Source of the DNA: Rubripirellula sp.
Lineage (GTDB): Bacteria > Planctomycetota > Planctomycetia > Pirellulales > Pirellulaceae
Direction: 5' to 3'
NCBI GenBank assembly: GCA_965216875.1
Contig: OZ244207.1
Span: 7,328,001 to 7,392,000, forward strand
Length of the DNA stretch: 64,000 bases
Made by a program: the position numbers and the translations under genes. Shown here piece after piece: positions 50,652 to 61,000 of the stretch. Position 1 is the first letter of the stretch. Each line of letters opens with the position of its first letter. The notes under the pieces are model-generated. The model did no database searches, was not told where the DNA came from, and worked only from the letters and a program-made list of their open reading frames with translations.

Positions 50652-50986
50652 GGTGCTTGAGCGATTGCATGGATGGATCATGAGCCGAAACTCGTTCGCG
50701 TTCGCCGGCTGGACGCGTTTGGATCCCCCGATCGGAGGTGGTTGGGGTGGTTTGTGAGGAACTTTTGCTCAGTGGTTCCGGTCAAAAAGTGTCGCAGTCT
50801 GTCGTGGTTGGGCCCTATTCCTGGCAAAACCCTCATCTTCGGATCGGCGGTGTGTATTTTAGTAGCACCCTGTATCCACAGATGGATCAGGAAAAAGCGG
50901 CCATTTGACTGGATGTCTTGCACGTCGGCGAGGCTGCGCATCGAGGCCCCTCCCCACTTCTCCCACACCTCGGAATCGACCGCCCC

Positions 50987-53900
50987 ATGCGACTTCGCAA
51001 ATTGCTCTCCCGTTCGGAAGCGACCCGCCGCAAAACCAAACGTCGTCGGCGCGCGTTGGTTGAATCACTTGAGCGAAGAAACCTGTTAGCGACGTTTACC
51101 GTCGTCACCGGTGGTGATGCTGGTAATGGAGTTTGTAGCGCCGGCCAATGCACGCTTCGAGATGCCATCACGGCTGCCAACGCAACGGCGGGTGAAGACA
51201 CGATTCAATTCAGTCCCGCCGTGACTAACCCGATTGTGCTCGATGCAGCGCGCGGCGAGTTGTCGATCACGCAGCCGCTACAAATCTTCGGCAGCAGTAC
51301 GTCCAATACCGTTGTCAGTGCGGATGCAGCCGTCACGCCTTTTCGCGTGTTTGACATGACCGCTTCGGCAACCAACGTCACCATCGAAGGTTTGACGATC
51401 ACCGGCGGTCGAGCTCCGGACGATCCGGGCGGAGCGATTCAGTTTCAGTCCGAAGGCGTGCTCACGATTCGCGATAGCGTGATCACGGGGAACACCGCTG
51501 CAAATGGGGGTGGCATCTACAGCCTCTATGCCGGCAGTGTCGTCATCTCTGACAGTACGATTTCTGGGAACACCGCGCTGTATGGCGCCGGCGGCGGCGT
51601 CCAGGTTGTGGACGGTGACATCACGGTCAGCGCCAGCCTTGTTGATGGCAACATTGCGCTCGATTCCGGCGGTGGTCTGTTTGCCCAACATGGTGGCGAC
51701 ATCACCGTGACCGATTCTCAAATCTCCAACAACCGGACAACCTATTCGGGATACAACGGCGGTGGGATCAATAGCGGCGATGGCAATCTGACGATCACCG
51801 GCAGCACCATCACCGGGAACACTGCCGAGGGCGATGGCGGCGGTATCTACAACTACGGGGGCGCTGTCTCGATCAGCGGCAGCAACATCAGCGACAATGT
51901 CGCAGCGTATGCCGGCGGCGGGATCTTGAATGAGACGGGCGATGTCACGCTGAACCAATCAAACCTTTCTGACAACAACGCTTTGTATGGCGACGGCGGT
52001 GGTCTCTCTACCATTTCGGGTAACGTCACCATCACGCGTTCCAACATCTCGCAAAACCGAAGCGTCGATGCCGGCGGTGGTATCTCGACCAACTCGGGGC
52101 GGGTGGTCACGTTCGAGTCAACAATCTCTGGCAATACTACCGGCGAAGATGGTGGCGGTATCTCGAGCAGCACGGGCTTGGTCTCGCTCACCAACACAAC
52201 GCTTTCGGCAAACGTTTCCAATGCCGAAGGTGGCGGAATTCATTCGGCAAGCGGTCCTGTTCGATTGTTGCAATCGACGGTGACGCTCAATCAAGCAGCC
52301 GATGCGGGCGGCGGAATTGGTGTAACAGCGAACGATGACGGCGAAGCAATCTCGATCGTCAATTCCATTGTTGCTGGAAACACGGCAGGCCAGAATCCTG
52401 ACTTCACCGCACCAGGTAACCTGAGCAACCGCGAGGTGGTGTCGAGTCTGATCGGTGACAACAGCGGGACGTTTTTGCCCCCTTCGTCATTGGGGGCTGG
52501 CAGCGTTCCATTGCCTGATGCCCGCGGGAATCTTGTTGGCGGATCGCCACGTCCAGTCATCGATCCCATGCTTGGCCCACTCTCCTTCAACGGTGGCATC
52601 ACTCGAACGCATGTGCCGCTCGATGGCAGTTTGGCCATCGATGCTGGGGACAATTCGCTTGCCGTGAATCCTGGCGGCGATGGAGTCCCCGGGGGCGGTG
52701 ATGACGCGGCGATGACGAATGATCAACGAAGTTTTCCCTTCGTGCGTCTCGCCGATGGCGGATCGGGTTCCGTCACGGTCGACATGGGGGCTGTGGAAGT
52801 TCAGCAAGCTCCGATCTTTCTGGTGGACAACTTAAGCGATGTGGTTGACGGCGACCTTTCCGAAGGCAATCGAAGTCTTCGTGAAGTGATTGCGCTGACC
52901 AATGCGAGCCTCGGTGCTGACACGATTCAAATTGCGTCACACCTCTCAGGATCGATCTTGCTCGAGGCAAGCAACGGAACTCTCGAGATTACCGATTCGC
53001 TCTCGATCGAAGGTCCAGGGGCTGATCGGATCACGATCACGCCAGCCGTTGGCACGCAGTTGCGCTTGTTCAACGTGGATGCCGATGATTTCGCGATCTC
53101 AGGCGTGACGCTTGCACGCGGAACGGCTGCCACCGAGGGAGGTGCGATTCGTTTTGGTGGATCTGGAAAGCTAACGGTCAGCCACAGTGTTCTGCGCGAC
53201 AATCGGGCTGCACTTGGCGGTGGTATCTACAACGACAGCGGCGACGTCGAGATCATCGCCAGCACGTTGCACCGCAATGATGGGAATTCGCACGGTGGTG
53301 GTGTTGCCGCGCTGAGCGGAACGATTCTGGTTCATTCGTCGACGATCTCCAACAACGACTCAAGCGGCTTGGGCGCAGGGGTCTACAGCGTCAACGCTCA
53401 GGTTCAGATCTTGAATTCAACGATCACTGACAACGAGGCTGGCCTTGAAGGTGGAGGCGTTGGCTTGATTGACGATGACGGCGGCGAGACGTTGTCAATC
53501 GACAACTCAATCATCGCGGGCAATTCAGCACTCAACCATCCAGACTTCAACGCCCCAGGGAATCCAGCAAGCAACCTGCGCGTGCGATCGAGTTTGATTG
53601 GCGACAACGCAGGAACGACTCTCGCCGAATCCAACGAGAGCGGCGGAGTGCCTCAACCAACCGCTGATGGCAATCTGATTGGTGGCGTAACGGGCGGTGC
53701 AATTGATCCGCTTCTCGAGCCACTCGGCGACAATGGCGGCCCCACGCCAACACATGCACTCGGTGACGGTAGCCTTGCCATTGACAGCGGCGACGCCACG
53801 ATTCTTCCCGCCGACAGCGGTGACATCGACAACGATGGCGATCTGCTTGAAACCTTGCCGACCGATCAACGTGGTGCGGTACGCGTGGTTGATCAGCTTG

Positions 53901-56587
53901 ATATTGGTGCTTTCGAAATCCCGCCCGTTGCCACCATCACTTGGGACCAACCCGCTGACATTGTTTTTGGGACGTTGCTTAGCGACACTCAACTCAATGC
54001 GTCGGCGGATGGATCCGGAACGTTCGACTACACACCAGCGGCTGGCACGCAACTTTCCGTCGGCAATGGGCAAGTCTTGTCGGTGTCCTTCACGCCCGAC
54101 GATCCGCTAACGGTTCGCCCCTCGACGGCAACCACTCAAATCAATGTTCTCAAGGCCGACCCAGTTGTCACGTGGAATGATCCAGACGCGATCGACTTTG
54201 GAACGGCCCTGTCGGCCACGCAGCTCAACGCAATTGCGGACGTTGCGGGCACGTTCGTCTATGACCCTTCCTCGGGAACCGTTCTCGATGCAGGCACGGG
54301 GCAAACCCTTGCCGTCACGTTCACTCCGGACGACACCAGCAACTACAACGTCGTCAACGCGAGCGTGTCGATCGACGTCAATCGTGTTGACCCAGTGATC
54401 ACATGGGACGATCCGGCTGCGATCGATTTTGGAACGGCTCTTTCGGGCACGCAGCTCAACGCGATCGCAGACGTGGCTGGCACATTTGTCTATTCGCCCG
54501 TGAGCGGCACGATCCTAGACGCTGGGAATGCCCAGACACTGTCGACCACGTTCACGCCCGACGACACGACAAACTACAACACGGTGAGTGCCAACGTGTC
54601 GATTGATGTCAACAAGATCGACCCGATTGTGGCCTGGAGCCTTCCGAATCCGATCGTCTTTGGAACTGCGCTCAGTGCCACCCAGCTCAACGCGATCGCG
54701 GACGTCCCTGGTACGTTCGTTTATGATCCCGCCGCCGGAACCGTGCTCGACGCCGGAGATCAGCAAATCTCTGTCACGTTCACTCCAGATGACACAACGA
54801 ACTACAACACACGTGTTGCAACGACAACGATCACTGTCGAGAAAGCCGACCCGATTGTTACCTGGAACAACCCGGCCGATATCGCTTTTGGGACGCCTCT
54901 TGGCAATGAGCAATTGAATGCGATCGCGAACGTGCCTGGAACGTTCGTTTACAACCCTGCCGCCAGGACGATCTTGCCCGCGGGAACAGGGAACCAATTG
55001 GGCGCGACGTTTATCCCCGACGATTCGGGTAACTACAACAACGCGATCGCCTCGGTTCTCATCAACGTCGAAGCGGCGCTCGATTACGGCGATGCACCGA
55101 GCCAGTACCCTGTTCTGCTTTCGCAAGATGGTGCTCGTCACACGGTTGGGACGTTGCGATTGGGAAGTGACATTGACGCGGATGCTGATGGCCAACCGAG
55201 CGCCAATGCAGGGTTAGATTCGGGCGACGATGGCGTAACGCCCATTGCGGACGCGGTTGCCGACGTTGCGAGTTCGACCACGAGCAGTTTTCTCGTCACG
55301 AGTACGGGAGACGGGTTCGTCGATGCCTTTATCGATTTCAATGGCGACGGTGATTGGGGCGATGCAGGCGAACAGATTGCGACTAACTTTGCCGTTGTTG
55401 CTGGCGACAATCTGCTTAGCTACACCATTCCTGCTGGAGCAACACCGGGTGATACTGCGGCACGCTTCCGACTCAGTTCCGCTGGCAATTTGAGCCCTAC
55501 GGGCTTGGCTGCCGATGGCGAAGTCGAGGACTATGTGGTGACGCTGCTTGATGCGTCCGCCGCGGCTGACGTGACGATCAACCTTCCCGGGGCTCAGGGT
55601 GACGTTAGCTTTGACTCGGGACGAACCAGCGTCGGCGATGGTTCCGTCGTTCTCTTTGACGCGCCGACCGATTCGATCGGTCAAGCAACCGTTGTTGGTG
55701 GAAGTGGCGACAATCAAATCAATCTTGATCTCGGTGGTGACGGGGTTCCCGCATCCGGTTTGTCGATCGATGGCGGTGGTGGTGAAAATGGTGTCGCGAT
55801 CAGCGGACAAGCTGCTCTCGATACGACTGCAGACGGTAACGTTGACGCGGTCAATGTTCACGTGGTGGATATGGCGACATCTGATGATCTATCAAGCTTG
55901 GTGATCGACGCCGCCGCCGTCGCAGCGTTATCGCCCTCCAACAACACGATCAGCGTGCTGGGCGGAAACGGCGACGATATCGATTTCCAAGATGCTGAAG
56001 ATTGGGAAATGATCGATCCGGTGATTGAGGATTCGCTCTTCTACAACGTTGCATCGAATACCGAAACGGGCGAAATCGTTCGCATCAACGCTGCACGTCC
56101 ATGGCAAAACCCAATTGAACTGTCCGACGTCAACAACGACGGAAACGTGACAGCGAATGACGCGTTGCTGGTCATTAACGAACTGGGGCGACGCACGTTT
56201 TCGGACGATGAGACCGCTCAGCTTGACGATCCGCTCACGGTTGTTGTTTGGCCAGGTGTTTATTACGACCAGAGTGGGGACGGGCGCGCAACGGCACTCG
56301 ACGCACTTCGCGTGATCAATCGATTGGCTGTGATCTTCAACGGTGGTGCCGAATCGGTCCAAGGCATCGTGGGACGATTACCAGAAGCCGAATCGATTGC
56401 TGACGCCAATCCGCTCCAGGGCCCTGACGCGGCAATCCTGTTTAACGATCATGCCGTCGCTAGCTTTGAAGTGAATGATGAGCAGCACGGCATCGTTGAT
56501 GCGATTGCGATCGAGAGCCCGTCCCGGGTTTCCGCCGATTCCGTTGATGAAGTCTTTGGCAACCATCTCGACGCGCCCCTGTTCTAG
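50987..56587 (+). CDS. Giant surface protein: planctomycete N-motif, 2x CSLREA-like/beta-helix modules, 5 Ig-like repeats, GEVED, dockerin-like pair
   Basis: LVESLERRNLLA; CTLRDAI and RSLREVI; many GGGI/ISGN repeats; NGG.T.TH...SLAID.G; W..P..I.FGT.L...QLNA x5; DYGDAP...GEVEDY; DVNNDGNVTANDAL. Confidence 0.9.
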   Translation: MRLRKLLSRSEATRRKTKRRRRALVESLERRNLLATFTVVTGGDAGNGVCSAGQCTLRDAITAANATAGEDTIQFSPAVTNPIVLDAARGELSITQPLQIFGSSTSNTVVSADAAVTPFRVFDMTASATNVTIEGLTITGGRAPDDPGGAIQFQSEGVLTIRDSVITGNTAANGGGIYSLYAGSVVISDSTISGNTALYGAGGGVQVVDGDITVSASLVDGNIALDSGGGLFAQHGGDITVTDSQISNNRTTYSGYNGGGINSGDGNLTITGSTITGNTAEGDGGGIYNYGGAVSISGSNISDNVAAYAGGGILNETGDVTLNQSNLSDNNALYGDGGGLSTISGNVTITRSNISQNRSVDAGGGISTNSGRVVTFESTISGNTTGEDGGGISSSTGLVSLTNTTLSANVSNAEGGGIHSASGPVRLLQSTVTLNQAADAGGGIGVTANDDGEAISIVNSIVAGNTAGQNPDFTAPGNLSNREVVSSLIGDNSGTFLPPSSLGAGSVPLPDARGNLVGGSPRPVIDPMLGPLSFNGGITRTHVPLDGSLAIDAGDNSLAVNPGGDGVPGGGDDAAMTNDQRSFPFVRLADGGSGSVTVDMGAVEVQQAPIFLVDNLSDVVDGDLSEGNRSLREVIALTNASLGADTIQIASHLSGSILLEASNGTLEITDSLSIEGPGADRITITPAVGTQLRLFNVDADDFAISGVTLARGTAATEGGAIRFGGSGKLTVSHSVLRDNRAALGGGIYNDSGDVEIIASTLHRNDGNSHGGGVAALSGTILVHSSTISNNDSSGLGAGVYSVNAQVQILNSTITDNEAGLEGGGVGLIDDDGGETLSIDNSIIAGNSALNHPDFNAPGNPASNLRVRSSLIGDNAGTTLAESNESGGVPQPTADGNLIGGVTGGAIDPLLEPLGDNGGPTPTHALGDGSLAIDSGDATILPADSGDIDNDGDLLETLPTDQRGAVRVVDQLDIGAFEIPPVATITWDQPADIVFGTLLSDTQLNASADGSGTFDYTPAAGTQLSVGNGQVLSVSFTPDDPLTVRPSTATTQINVLKADPVVTWNDPDAIDFGTALSATQLNAIADVAGTFVYDPSSGTVLDAGTGQTLAVTFTPDDTSNYNVVNASVSIDVNRVDPVITWDDPAAIDFGTALSGTQLNAIADVAGTFVYSPVSGTILDAGNAQTLSTTFTPDDTTNYNTVSANVSIDVNKIDPIVAWSLPNPIVFGTALSATQLNAIADVPGTFVYDPAAGTVLDAGDQQISVTFTPDDTTNYNTRVATTTITVEKADPIVTWNNPADIAFGTPLGNEQLNAIANVPGTFVYNPAARTILPAGTGNQLGATFIPDDSGNYNNAIASVLINVEAALDYGDAPSQYPVLLSQDGARHTVGTLRLGSDIDADADGQPSANAGLDSGDDGVTPIADAVADVASSTTSSFLVTSTGDGFVDAFIDFNGDGDWGDAGEQIATNFAVVAGDNLLSYTIPAGATPGDTAARFRLSSAGNLSPTGLAADGEVEDYVVTLLDASAAADVTINLPGAQGDVSFDSGRTSVGDGSVVLFDAPTDSIGQATVVGGSGDNQINLDLGGDGVPASGLSIDGGGGENGVAISGQAALDTTADGNVDAVNVHVVDMATSDDLSSLVIDAAAVAALSPSNNTISVLGGNGDDIDFQDAEDWEMIDPVIEDSLFYNVASNTETGEIVRINAARPWQNPIELSDVNNDGNVTANDALLVINELGRRTFSDDETAQLDDPLTVVVWPGVYYDQSGDGRATALDALRVINRLAVIFNGGAESVQGIVGRLPEAESIADANPLQGPDAAILFNDHAVASFEVNDEQHGIVDAIAIESPSRVSADSVDEVFGNHLDAPLF
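53930..55072 (+). repeat. Five ~228-bp intragenic Ig-like domain repeats
   Basis: Repeated TW.DP..I.FGT.LS.TQLNA.A...GTF.Y.P..GT.L..G...L...FTPDD. Confidence 0.85.
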
Positions 56588-56597
56588 GAACGCCTAA

Positions 56598-56758
56598 GTC
56601 ATGCTCCGCATGACAAGTTGCGCACTGAAGCTATGCTCGCCAGGGCGTGGTGCATGCAATAGCTGCCAGTTCGTAGTAACGAGCTTTAGCCGGAATCTTC
56701 ACACAGACCGCCTAGGGGCGGGACTACAAACGGCGTTACCACGCGGAGCGTGGTAACG
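56598..56758. repeat. Mosaic cluster of palindromes between convergent genes
   Basis: gtcatgctccgcatgac (56598-56614); degenerate family A half (56627-56650); family B (56669-56731); cgttaccacgcggagcgtggtaacg (56734-56758). Confidence 0.75.
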
Positions 56759-56771
56759 AGGGTTGAGGTCG

Positions 56772-57587
56772 CTACTTCATGCCTTTGATCGTGTAGTAAG
56801 ACATCTGCGGACCGCCGCGCGCCCAGGTTTTGGACCACACACGTTTGTTGTCGTAGTCCACCTGCAACGGAACCATCGTCATACGTGCGAGGGCGTATCG
56901 CCAGGACAGTCTTGCATCGTTGTCACCTTGAACTGCCTCGACAAGTAACAGAACCTCGGGGTCGGTGCCCTGCACAAAGGCGAACATCGCGCCATCAATG
57001 ACGTCACGGGTATCCTCTTTGGGATAGCGGTAAAGCGGCTGAGTCAGCATGCGAAGTTGCTTCATCTTGTCAGGACTCGGCCCAACCTTTGCCGAGAACT
57101 TGCGTGCGACGTGGCGCATTTGTCTTAGCCGCAGCGCGGGTGTCGATCCGCTCATGTTCTCTGGCAGTTCGATCGGAGTGAACTCCAAACCGTCGGCAAG
57201 CGGTGACCAGACGATGCTCTTGTCGTGGTCAGCGATCAGTGTGTCGGTGGCGAGCGATTGAAACTCGTGATCAAACGTGCCAACGTTTGGGTAGATGCAC
57301 ATGGCCACGCAGGGACGTCCCTTGTGCGTCCAAATGAACGTTGCACCTGCGGGCGTCTTGCGTTCGGGATTGGTCCAATTCAGTATCGGTCGCTCGATAA
57401 ATTCAAGCCGCTTGCGTTCGGAGCCAAGGAAAAGGTTGTAGCGCCGCGCGGACTCGAGAAAGTGCTCGGCCGAAAGTGTGGAATCATCAACTGGATCGTC
57501 AGCGTCCACGTGACAAGGAGTCGTCGCGAGGATCGCCAGGCCAATCCAAAGTGAACGGGAAACTCGATTCAATCTTTTGCCAATCAT
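56772..57587 (-). CDS. Exported hypothetical protein
   Basis: Signal peptide; RLRQMR..ARKF, LRML.QPLYRY, DGAMFAFVQGTDPEVLL motifs. Confidence 0.75.
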   Translation of the reverse strand: MIGKRLNRVSRSLWIGLAILATTPCHVDADDPVDDSTLSAEHFLESARRYNLFLGSERKRLEFIERPILNWTNPERKTPAGATFIWTHKGRPCVAMCIYPNVGTFDHEFQSLATDTLIADHDKSIVWSPLADGLEFTPIELPENMSGSTPALRLRQMRHVARKFSAKVGPSPDKMKQLRMLTQPLYRYPKEDTRDVIDGAMFAFVQGTDPEVLLLVEAVQGDNDARLSWRYALARMTMVPLQVDYDNKRVWSKTWARGGPQMSYYTIKGMK

Positions 57588-58037
57588 CCCACCAGCCTTT
57601 CCGAATACCCCAAGCCCATTCGCTCGCGCGATCAGCAGCTTAGAAACGATTCAAAACGAACGTAGACATAACGTCTAAATATCAGTGCTCGTCCAGCGTG
57701 CGTCAAGCAAATCAGCAGATCGGAGCCGGAACAAAACGGGGCGGATCGTTGTCGAAGCACGCGGCAGGCTCTACGCTCTGCGAGCCAAGCTCCCAGGCGG
57801 GGTGGTTGCTCGCTTGAATTTCGGATCCCTACAACCGTTCAAATCGTTGTATTTCGGCGCTCGGGATACGATTTGAAAGCGTGACAGGGCATCGCTACCC
57901 CTGCACGATCGGGGATGGCGAGCACCACAAAGGTCTCGGCAATTAGACTGGGGACGCCGAAACCCTGCCCAATCAGGTGGCAAATGCCGTTTGGCAGACC
58001 TCTCCTCACTTTTCCAGCTTCCATTTCGCAGCTTTTC

Positions 58038-61000
58038 ATGTCATCTCGCGCTAACAGAAAATCGGTTGCACGTCGAAACAAACTCCGTCAACGACGGCGA
58101 CGAATGAGGCTTGAATCGCTCGAAGATCGGCGGCTGTTGGCCGTCTCATTTGAGTTCAACTATATCGGTGGCAATGGGGTTGGATTCAATGATCCGGTTG
58201 AAGGGCCGGAGTTTCGATCGGCCCTTGAATCCGCTGCCTCACGACTGGGCGGATGGATGTTGCACGACGCGACGGTTCAGCTCGATGTGCATTCGTTCGA
58301 GTTCACCGGATCGGCTGTGGCGCATGCATCGTCGGCAATCCCACCATCGCCTGCGACCGGTGGTTTTCTTGACACGATCATCGGACAGAAGATCAAGGGA
58401 TTGAATGATGCCAACGGGGCAACTTCCGATGGCGAGATCGAGGTCTTTTTCTTTGACGGCAACGATCCATTCACCTATGTCACCGATCCGACCGAGGTCG
58501 ATGCAGACAATGAACTCGATTTCCAAGCGTTGGTGATTCACGAGCTTGCGCATTCGATCGGATTCACCAGCGCGACCAACGCCGACGGCACCGATGACGA
58601 TGGCAATGGCGTCGGCAGTCCAGGAACCTGGCGTCCCTATGACCGTTTCCTTTCTGACGTTGATGGCAATCGCTTGATCGATGCCGACCCCTTGTCGGCG
58701 ACTGCATTTCAGATGGATGCGACAGGTTGGTCACAGCACAGTGTTGGTGGCAAAGGGCCCGATGCCGGTTTGTTCTTTGACGGTCCCAAAGCGACCGCAG
58801 TGTACGGCGCCCGCGTACCCCTTTATTCACCCGCAGCATTCAGTTTGTCATCGAGTGTGAGTCATCTCGACAGCGAAGGCGCTCCTGACGATTCGATCTT
58901 TTCGCCGACCACGCACTTGATGTCGCACGCGACCATTGATCTCGCTGTTCCGCAAGAATTCACGCTTGTCGAAAAAGCGATTTTTGCGGACATCGGAATC
59001 AATCTGATCGAAGACACGCTGCCGGAAATCACGCCACCGCAAGACATCACCCTTGAAGGCAATACAAGCGGTGGGTTTTCAGGAACCAACGCGGCACTCA
59101 CCGCGTTTCTTGACGGCGCCATCGCGACAGACCTTTTTGATGACGATGTCACGATCACCAACGACGCGCCCAGCCTTTTTCCGCTAGGTCAAACGACGGT
59201 AGTGTTCACGGCGACCGATGATTCTGGCAATGAAGCGACCGCGACGGCGCGTGTGAGGGTGGTTGATACTGCCTCACCCGTCCTTTCGGTCACACCAACA
59301 GTAGCGACCCTCGAGGCGACAGGGCCTTTTGGTGTGCTGAACCCGACCCTGCCGTTTTCACCGACGGTGAGCGATGTTGTTGATGCCTCGCCATCCTTGG
59401 TGTTCAGTTCGCGATCGACGTACCCGCTGGGAACGACGGTCGTTACCTACACTGCCGAAGACAGTTCGGGAAACCAAGCGGCGTTTCCCGTGAGCGTCGT
59501 AGTCGAAGACACGACGCCACCCGACTTTAGCATGCCGTCGACGCTGACCATCCCCGGCAACGTGCCGGGTGGGGCCGACCTAAACAATTCCATTTTGGTG
59601 GATTTGTTCGATTCGCTTGCCAGTGACATCGTGGACCGTGATGTTGCGATCACGGCTTCACCAAGTACGTTCCCCGTTGGACAAACCAACGTCACCTTCA
59701 CAGCAACCGATGACTTTGGCAACTCGACCGACGTGGCTGTCGACTTGACCGTTTCGGGCATCACCTACACCGTGACCACGCTCGATGATGAACTTGACGC
59801 GGACCCCGGGTCGGCGCCTCAAGACTTGAGTCTTCGCGAAGCGATCTCGTTGGCCAACGCGACGGTCGGTAGCGACGAGATTCGCTTTGACCCGAGTTTG
59901 AACGGCACAGTGGTGCTCTCTTCGGCGCTGGGAGCGTTGCAGATCAACGATGGTGTTTCGATCATCGGCAATGGTCGCGATGACACGATCATCGACGGCA
60001 ACGACGAAGTGCGGGTCTTCGATGTTTCCCAGTCGGGCGGCAATGTCCAATTGCTCGGATTGACGATTACGGGTGGCTTGGCAACCGGCGAATTTGAATT
60101 CGGTGGTGGGATTCGATTCTTGTCTGGCGACACGTTGACCATCGAGTCGGCGACCTTTACCGATAACCACTCAATTGGACTCGGAGCGGCCGGGGGAGCA
60201 ATCTATGCCTTGGGTACAGTCGAAATCACCGATTCGATTCTCTCAGACAACTCAACCACTTCGTCGTTTGGCGGTGGCGGCGCCTTGTACCACGCTGGCG
60301 ATATCACCATCACGCGTTCCGTCGTGACTGGCAACCGAACCAATAACGAATTGGCTGCTGGTGGAGGTGCCTACATCAGCGAAGGCGAGGCGACGATCAT
60401 CCAAAGCACCTTCACGGATAATCAAACGGCGGGAGAACGTGCCGGTGGCGCTGGGCTAGTCGTGTTGAGGTCTACAGTGACCATTCGAGACTCGACGATC
60501 TCGGGCAACATGACCAGTGGGTCTGAGGCCGACGGTGCTGGCATCCAGTTAATCAATTCGCCAACCACGATTATCAATTCAACCATTTCGGGTAACACCG
60601 CAAGCGGTGAAGGAGGTGGTTTGTACATCGGTGGACGGCACGTATCGATCCACAACAGCACGGTCACTTCGAACGTTGCGGCCGAACGTGGTGGTGGGAT
60701 CACCACCTTTACCCAGGCAGGCGATGCTTCCTTTAGCCTGGACCATTCCATCGTTGCTGGAAACAGTGACGACGGGACGGCCCCTGATTTTTTGGGCACT
60801 CGGCTTGCCGCCGGAAATGATTCGGTCATCTACAGCCTTGTCGGTGACAACACGGGAACGACTCTCGGAGAATCGCAAACGGCGCACCCAACGACAGGCA
60901 GTCTGATCGGCGATCCCAATGGCGGCGGGCTGATTGACCCGCAACTGAGTGCGCTGGCCGACAATGGTGGACCAACTCAAACCCATTTGCCACTTCAATC

